Shown: positions 59,641 to 64,000 of the stretch, piece by piece
How positions within the stretch are numbered: position 1 is the stretch's first letter
Layout: every line of letters begins with the position of its first letter
NCBI RefSeq assembly: GCF_964204645.1
Contig: NC_134025.1
Location: 6,820,001 to 6,884,000, forward strand
Length of the DNA stretch: 64,000 nt
Source: Tubulanus polymorphus
Lineage: Eukaryota; Animalia; Nemertea
Direction: 5' to 3'
The notes under the pieces: model-generated
What the model was told of the DNA's origin: nothing
The model's input: the letters and a program-made list of their open reading frames with translations, nothing else
Database searches by the model: none
Translations under genes and position numbers: made by a program

Positions 59641-60204
59641 ATGACGTACGCCTCGATGTTTCAACAAATTGCTCAGATAAATGATCACTTGTTTCTGTGC
59701 GGAGCGTCGGCGCGTAAACCCGACCGACTGCAGCAGTTAGGAGTTACCGACATCATCAACTGCACGATCGAAATTCCGAATATGAAAGTGCCCGGCATCG
59801 ACTGCGACCAGATACACATCGACGACGTTCCCCACGCGCGGCTATACGCGTATTTCGATCGGTGCGCCGACAAAATTCACCAGGTGAAAAAACGCGGCGG
59901 TAAAACTCTCGTGCACTGCGTCGCCGGCGTCAGTCGTTCGGCGAGTTTAATCATCGCTTATCTCATGAAATACCAACGAATGCGTTTAAGAGATGCGTAT
60001 TACCACGTGCGGCAACGCAGACAGTGCATCCGTCCTAACGTCGGATTTTGGAAACAGCTCATCGAGTACGAGAAGAAAGTGTTTGGACAGGCGAGCGTTA
60101 AAATGATACAGTCGCCGATCGGCTGGATACCGGACGTTTATAAAGACGAGGCGAAGAACATGGTACCGTTACCCGGACGCGGAACTGCGTGGAGATATCA
60201 ATAA
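59641..60204 (+). CDS. DUSP14: Atypical dual-specificity phosphatase, DUSP14/18/21-like
   Basis: 187-aa ORF: IAQINDHLFL, general-acid loop HIDDVP, catalytic VHCVAGVSRS, AYLMK, IRPNVGFWKQL. Acceptor ttgcag ends at 59639; possible in-frame upstream micro-exon 58198-58221. Confidence 0.9.
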   Translation: MTYASMFQQIAQINDHLFLCGASARKPDRLQQLGVTDIINCTIEIPNMKVPGIDCDQIHIDDVPHARLYAYFDRCADKIHQVKKRGGKTLVHCVAGVSRSASLIIAYLMKYQRMRLRDAYYHVRQRRQCIRPNVGFWKQLIEYEKKVFGQASVKMIQSPIGWIPDVYKDEAKNMVPLPGRGTAWRYQ

Positions 60205-60397
60205 CAGCTGCTAATTATGCGTGTATATTATCGATTGAAATTGAAGAATATGTTTCTAAAGTATTCACCATCATCATCATCATTATGATTATTGCCACTG
60301 ATATTTTAAACGCCTTTGCAAATGCAAAATGCGATGGTATAAACATTTCAGTGGCAAAACCACTTGTGGCCAGTTTTATAGCTTTGGGTTAAAGATG

Positions 60398-60847
60398 CAG
60401 GCATGGATCCAGGGTCATTCGGTGACTACAGCACAGTGAAAAAAGGGCACCAACTTTGAAAAGGGCCAGTATTAATGCCCAGCGAGCGAGTTTCAGTTTG
60501 AGTGCCATTTATTGGTATCATGCCACTGAATTTGCCTTCACATTCAATTTGCTTGTGCCTTTTTTAGATTTTTTGCGAAATTTGCCCTTTTTCGATTAGA
60601 TTTATAGAGCTACAATAATGTCTCTTTTAGAATAGTGCCCTTTTGAGTAAAGGAAAATGCCTTAGATTGCCTTTTTTGATTTTGGGCAATTTATTTCCAT
60701 TGACATTTCGCTTTAGTACAAGTGCAGAAAGGCAATTATTTTTTATGGCGCACAAATTGTGTGCCCTTTTATTTACTTTTTTCAAGAGCATTTGAAAACT
60801 GCGACTACCGCATGTGCTGCATGGGCGATAGTCTGGATCCGCGCCTG
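60398..60847. mobile_element. MITE in the DUSP 3' region
   Basis: TIRs caggcatggatccag / ctggatccgcgcctg; flanks agatg/agttg; internal tgccc(t)ttt repeats. Confidence 0.6.
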
Positions 60848-63800
60848 AGTTGATACTAGTCTATTAAATGGGGCCCTGGAGTTTTTCTTGCTACAGTCTT
60901 TACAGTTACAGTGTTCTTATATTCGTATAATATTGTAGTACAGACTATCCAGTAAATCCAATGATGACCTAATCTGTGATATTAATTATTCACGTGTGTG
61001 ATATTCACATAATTGATATACAAGTTGAAGTATTACCTGAATGTGGTTATTCAAATGTTTAATGGATGAATCCGTTTCTATATACAATACTTGACTAATT
61101 CTGCTAAGTTTTTAGTGAATATGGTGGTAGAGAGGTTTTTTGAGTGTCTGATTTTTTCCTTTTTTACCCCTGTATCTTTGGTCTTGTGAATCTAGTATAC
61201 CCAAAGCAATAGATTCAGTTGAAAATTCATTTTGTTCTTATTGATCGCTTCAAAATATATGTGGCATAATCTATGAAATATCTATGTATTTTCAATCATC
61301 TAGGATTAATATGAAATACTCAATGAAATACTTGGAAATATCTAGGACCGCTCAGAGGCGTTACATACTTTATAGATTTATAATTCCTGTTATGAACTGT
61401 GTCCTTGAATTAGGATGGAATTTATGTTATTGCAAATATTTTGAGCCACTTGATTGTGTAGATATACTAACTAGGATTATGCATAAGGAGGCTCGGCTCA
61501 AAAACAGGACGGAGCTAAATTAATGTTGAAAAATCATCATCTGATAGAATTATTGCGTTATTAATTGGAAATCCTCAGACAGTTTGTCTGCCGTATGATT
61601 TATCACTACAGTCAAGAGATATGTAAAATATTCAGCGTGTTCTGAACTGGATTGATACTGGCGCTCCACAGTTCATATATTATCCGGCAATATTGTGCTA
61701 TCAGTGAGTGTTTTCCGCGCGCATGAATGTATCCCTCCCAGGTCTTCTCAATATCATGTAAGTGACTGACAGAAATTTATTTTCAATATCGATATGCTCA
61801 AGGTAGTATTTTTGAGCGACTTATAGTGCTTGCAAAAGTAAGCTTTTCCACGTGTTTGATGTAGCCTCTTAAAATGTAAATTGTCCTTAAACCCTGCGAA
61901 ATTTGCCTACGCTTTGCCCCAGCCTCCAATTTTACCGTGAATGTTATTTATCTATTATATGGCTCATATCCATATCATTCTTTGTTAATTCCGTCCAAAA
62001 AAAGAAATTCAGTATATACATATATATATATATATATATATGTATGTATATAACGCATTCAGAATACCGGGCAAAACTGCTCCTGTGCGGCGGGGAAAGC
62101 TTAGGTCTTGTATTACATTACATTGTTAATAAGTAATGATGCTTCACACTTGAATTCCCAAGATGTCGTTGCTGTTTTTTCTTGTGCCTTGATACAAAAT
62201 ATACTAATAACTGGGCCGAAACTATTTGTAATTTACCATAATTTGACAAGAGAATCCGTGTTATATTCAATATATAAATGATATATTTTGTGATGTTTAT
62301 GTTGAATTCTTTTATTCATCGAAAGTTTATGATGTTGCGATTCTCATAATTAAGCTTGAAGAGAAAGGGTTATCACTTTATTTGTTAAGAGATTTATTTT
62401 TCTGCTGTTATTTTTCGCATATTTTTCTGTTAGCTACAAGTAGTATATATATCATATCATATAGTTAATCGATTGTTTTTTCGTGAAGAATTATCATCGA
62501 GCCTCACTATTATATTGCGGCTGACTCTAAATTCTAAAACTGTACTGAGTTATGCGGATGGAGGAGTCTGCTGACGTAGATTAAAACTGGGCACTGTTGT
62601 ATGTTTGCGATTAATCATTTGCTTGTTTAAAAACCAATACACATCCACGACCCGTAGCATCAGTTACTGACGATCGTGAATCGAATAAAACTGTATTAGC
62701 CTTGAAAACGAGCATAAAAAAGCCTTCTTGTTTTATAGCTCGAGTAGTGAACTGTTTTATTGTCGCGATGTTGGTTATTAGTGCCTGATTAATTTGAAAA
62801 CCGACCCAGTCTGCCGTGCCTGTTCACAGAGAAAGAAGGAACAAATCTATTGTTGGATGCAATGGTTTGTTGGTTGTATCACAAACAGCCATCGTAGGAT
62901 GATAGATGCTGAAACTAGATGGATTACGCTATGATATCGGAGCACTGTAGGTTTTAGATTGCTTCAGGAGATAGCTTTATTCGCTTTCTATGTGAAGGGA
63001 TTCAAAAACGCTCGGCATTAATTGATAAAATGGTTCGAAAAAATGCAGTTTTTTAGGCCATCATAGCGATAGTTTAAGATCTGTATAAATTCTATTGAAT
63101 TTGAGTGTAATGATGATTATTACGGTAATTTTCTACAAATTTTGTACGTTTTTCATTTTAGTTACACTCACAAATTTTTCTGTTTCACTTGACAATCTTG
63201 CGACCAATAAACTTTCAGGTCATATGAAACATCGTTCATTGTTATTTGGTGTGGTGAGTCTGCTGTAACTGAGGGCTGGAATCAATCTGCGACCAACGAT
63301 GAAGAAATTGACATCGCCATCTCCTGATTAGAACTATAAAAATCCTAGCGTCACATACGAAAAACGTATATAAAACAACCATGTCCGTGTTCTAGATTCG
63401 AACCTACTCCACTTGAGAGGATAGAAATTTTGTTTATCGATATTGATTCTAAATGTTCAATAAAAATACATACATTCATAAATTCAAAACTCGTGAATAA
63501 TTGGAGCAGGCAATGTGATGATTTGGCCCGAGGTCGACGAACGAAAAGAAACGACTGTAATTTATTGTAGATGGTTGTTATTGATCAGAAAAACACAGTC
63601 GTCTCGCGAAGGTAATGATGTCGCGTCAGATAAAATATTTAGGTTGCTTAGTTGTACCACATCTACAAGAGATTACAATATATTCTTAATTCACAGATAT
63701 ATTGGAAGTATTTTGAGCGTCTCGCTTTTCGTCGGGTTTTTTCATTTTTTCTATGTTGTTTAAACGCATTTCATTGCTTATCCCCCCAAAACACAACGCA

Positions 63801-64000
63801 GTATAAACGACGGATTTACAACTACTGCTTACCTTGTTTTCAGCCACAGATGTACAACGTTGGTTTCATATTTCCGAACGACAAAATATATGATTCAGAA
63901 TTGATGCATTTTATCGTGTCTAATATAATGCATTTTATGTATCATCAAAATTATCTAAAATAGCCGTATAGTAGGGATAATTATTTCCCAAGCAAAATCA

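Noticed and set aside
63380-63420. B-box-like GGTTCGAATC on the - strand (tRNA or SINE)
   Set aside because: No cloverleaf or clear A-box; at most a decayed SINE fragment.

Overview
AT-rich animal genomic DNA with spliceosomal genes and short GT-AG introns; a bilaterian invertebrate, probably lophotrochozoan (inference). Gene order: 5'-truncated SLC1A glutamate transporter (+) with a long 3' region; FKBP2 (-) head-to-head with EIF3K (+, one U12-type intron); four tandem intronless RDH11-14-like SDR genes (-; two intact, one frameshifted, one pseudogene); a two-finger C2H2 gene (+); phospholipase D1 (+, about 27.3-45.8 kb); TMEM138 (-); a DUSP14-like phosphatase (+). Most notable: (1) a 6-kb PLD intron hides an antisense cluster of three related, unrecognised cell-surface receptor modules (Cys-patterned ectodomain, Ser/Thr stalk, TM, tyrosine-motif tails, one LAT-like with three YVN motifs); (2) a Helentron/HINE-like element in another PLD intron carries four near-consensus CTCF sites at exact 154-bp spacing plus YY1 motifs; (3) two Penelope-type insertions with target-site duplications carry minimal hammerhead ribozymes. 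Exon boundaries were read by eye; no database searches were run.
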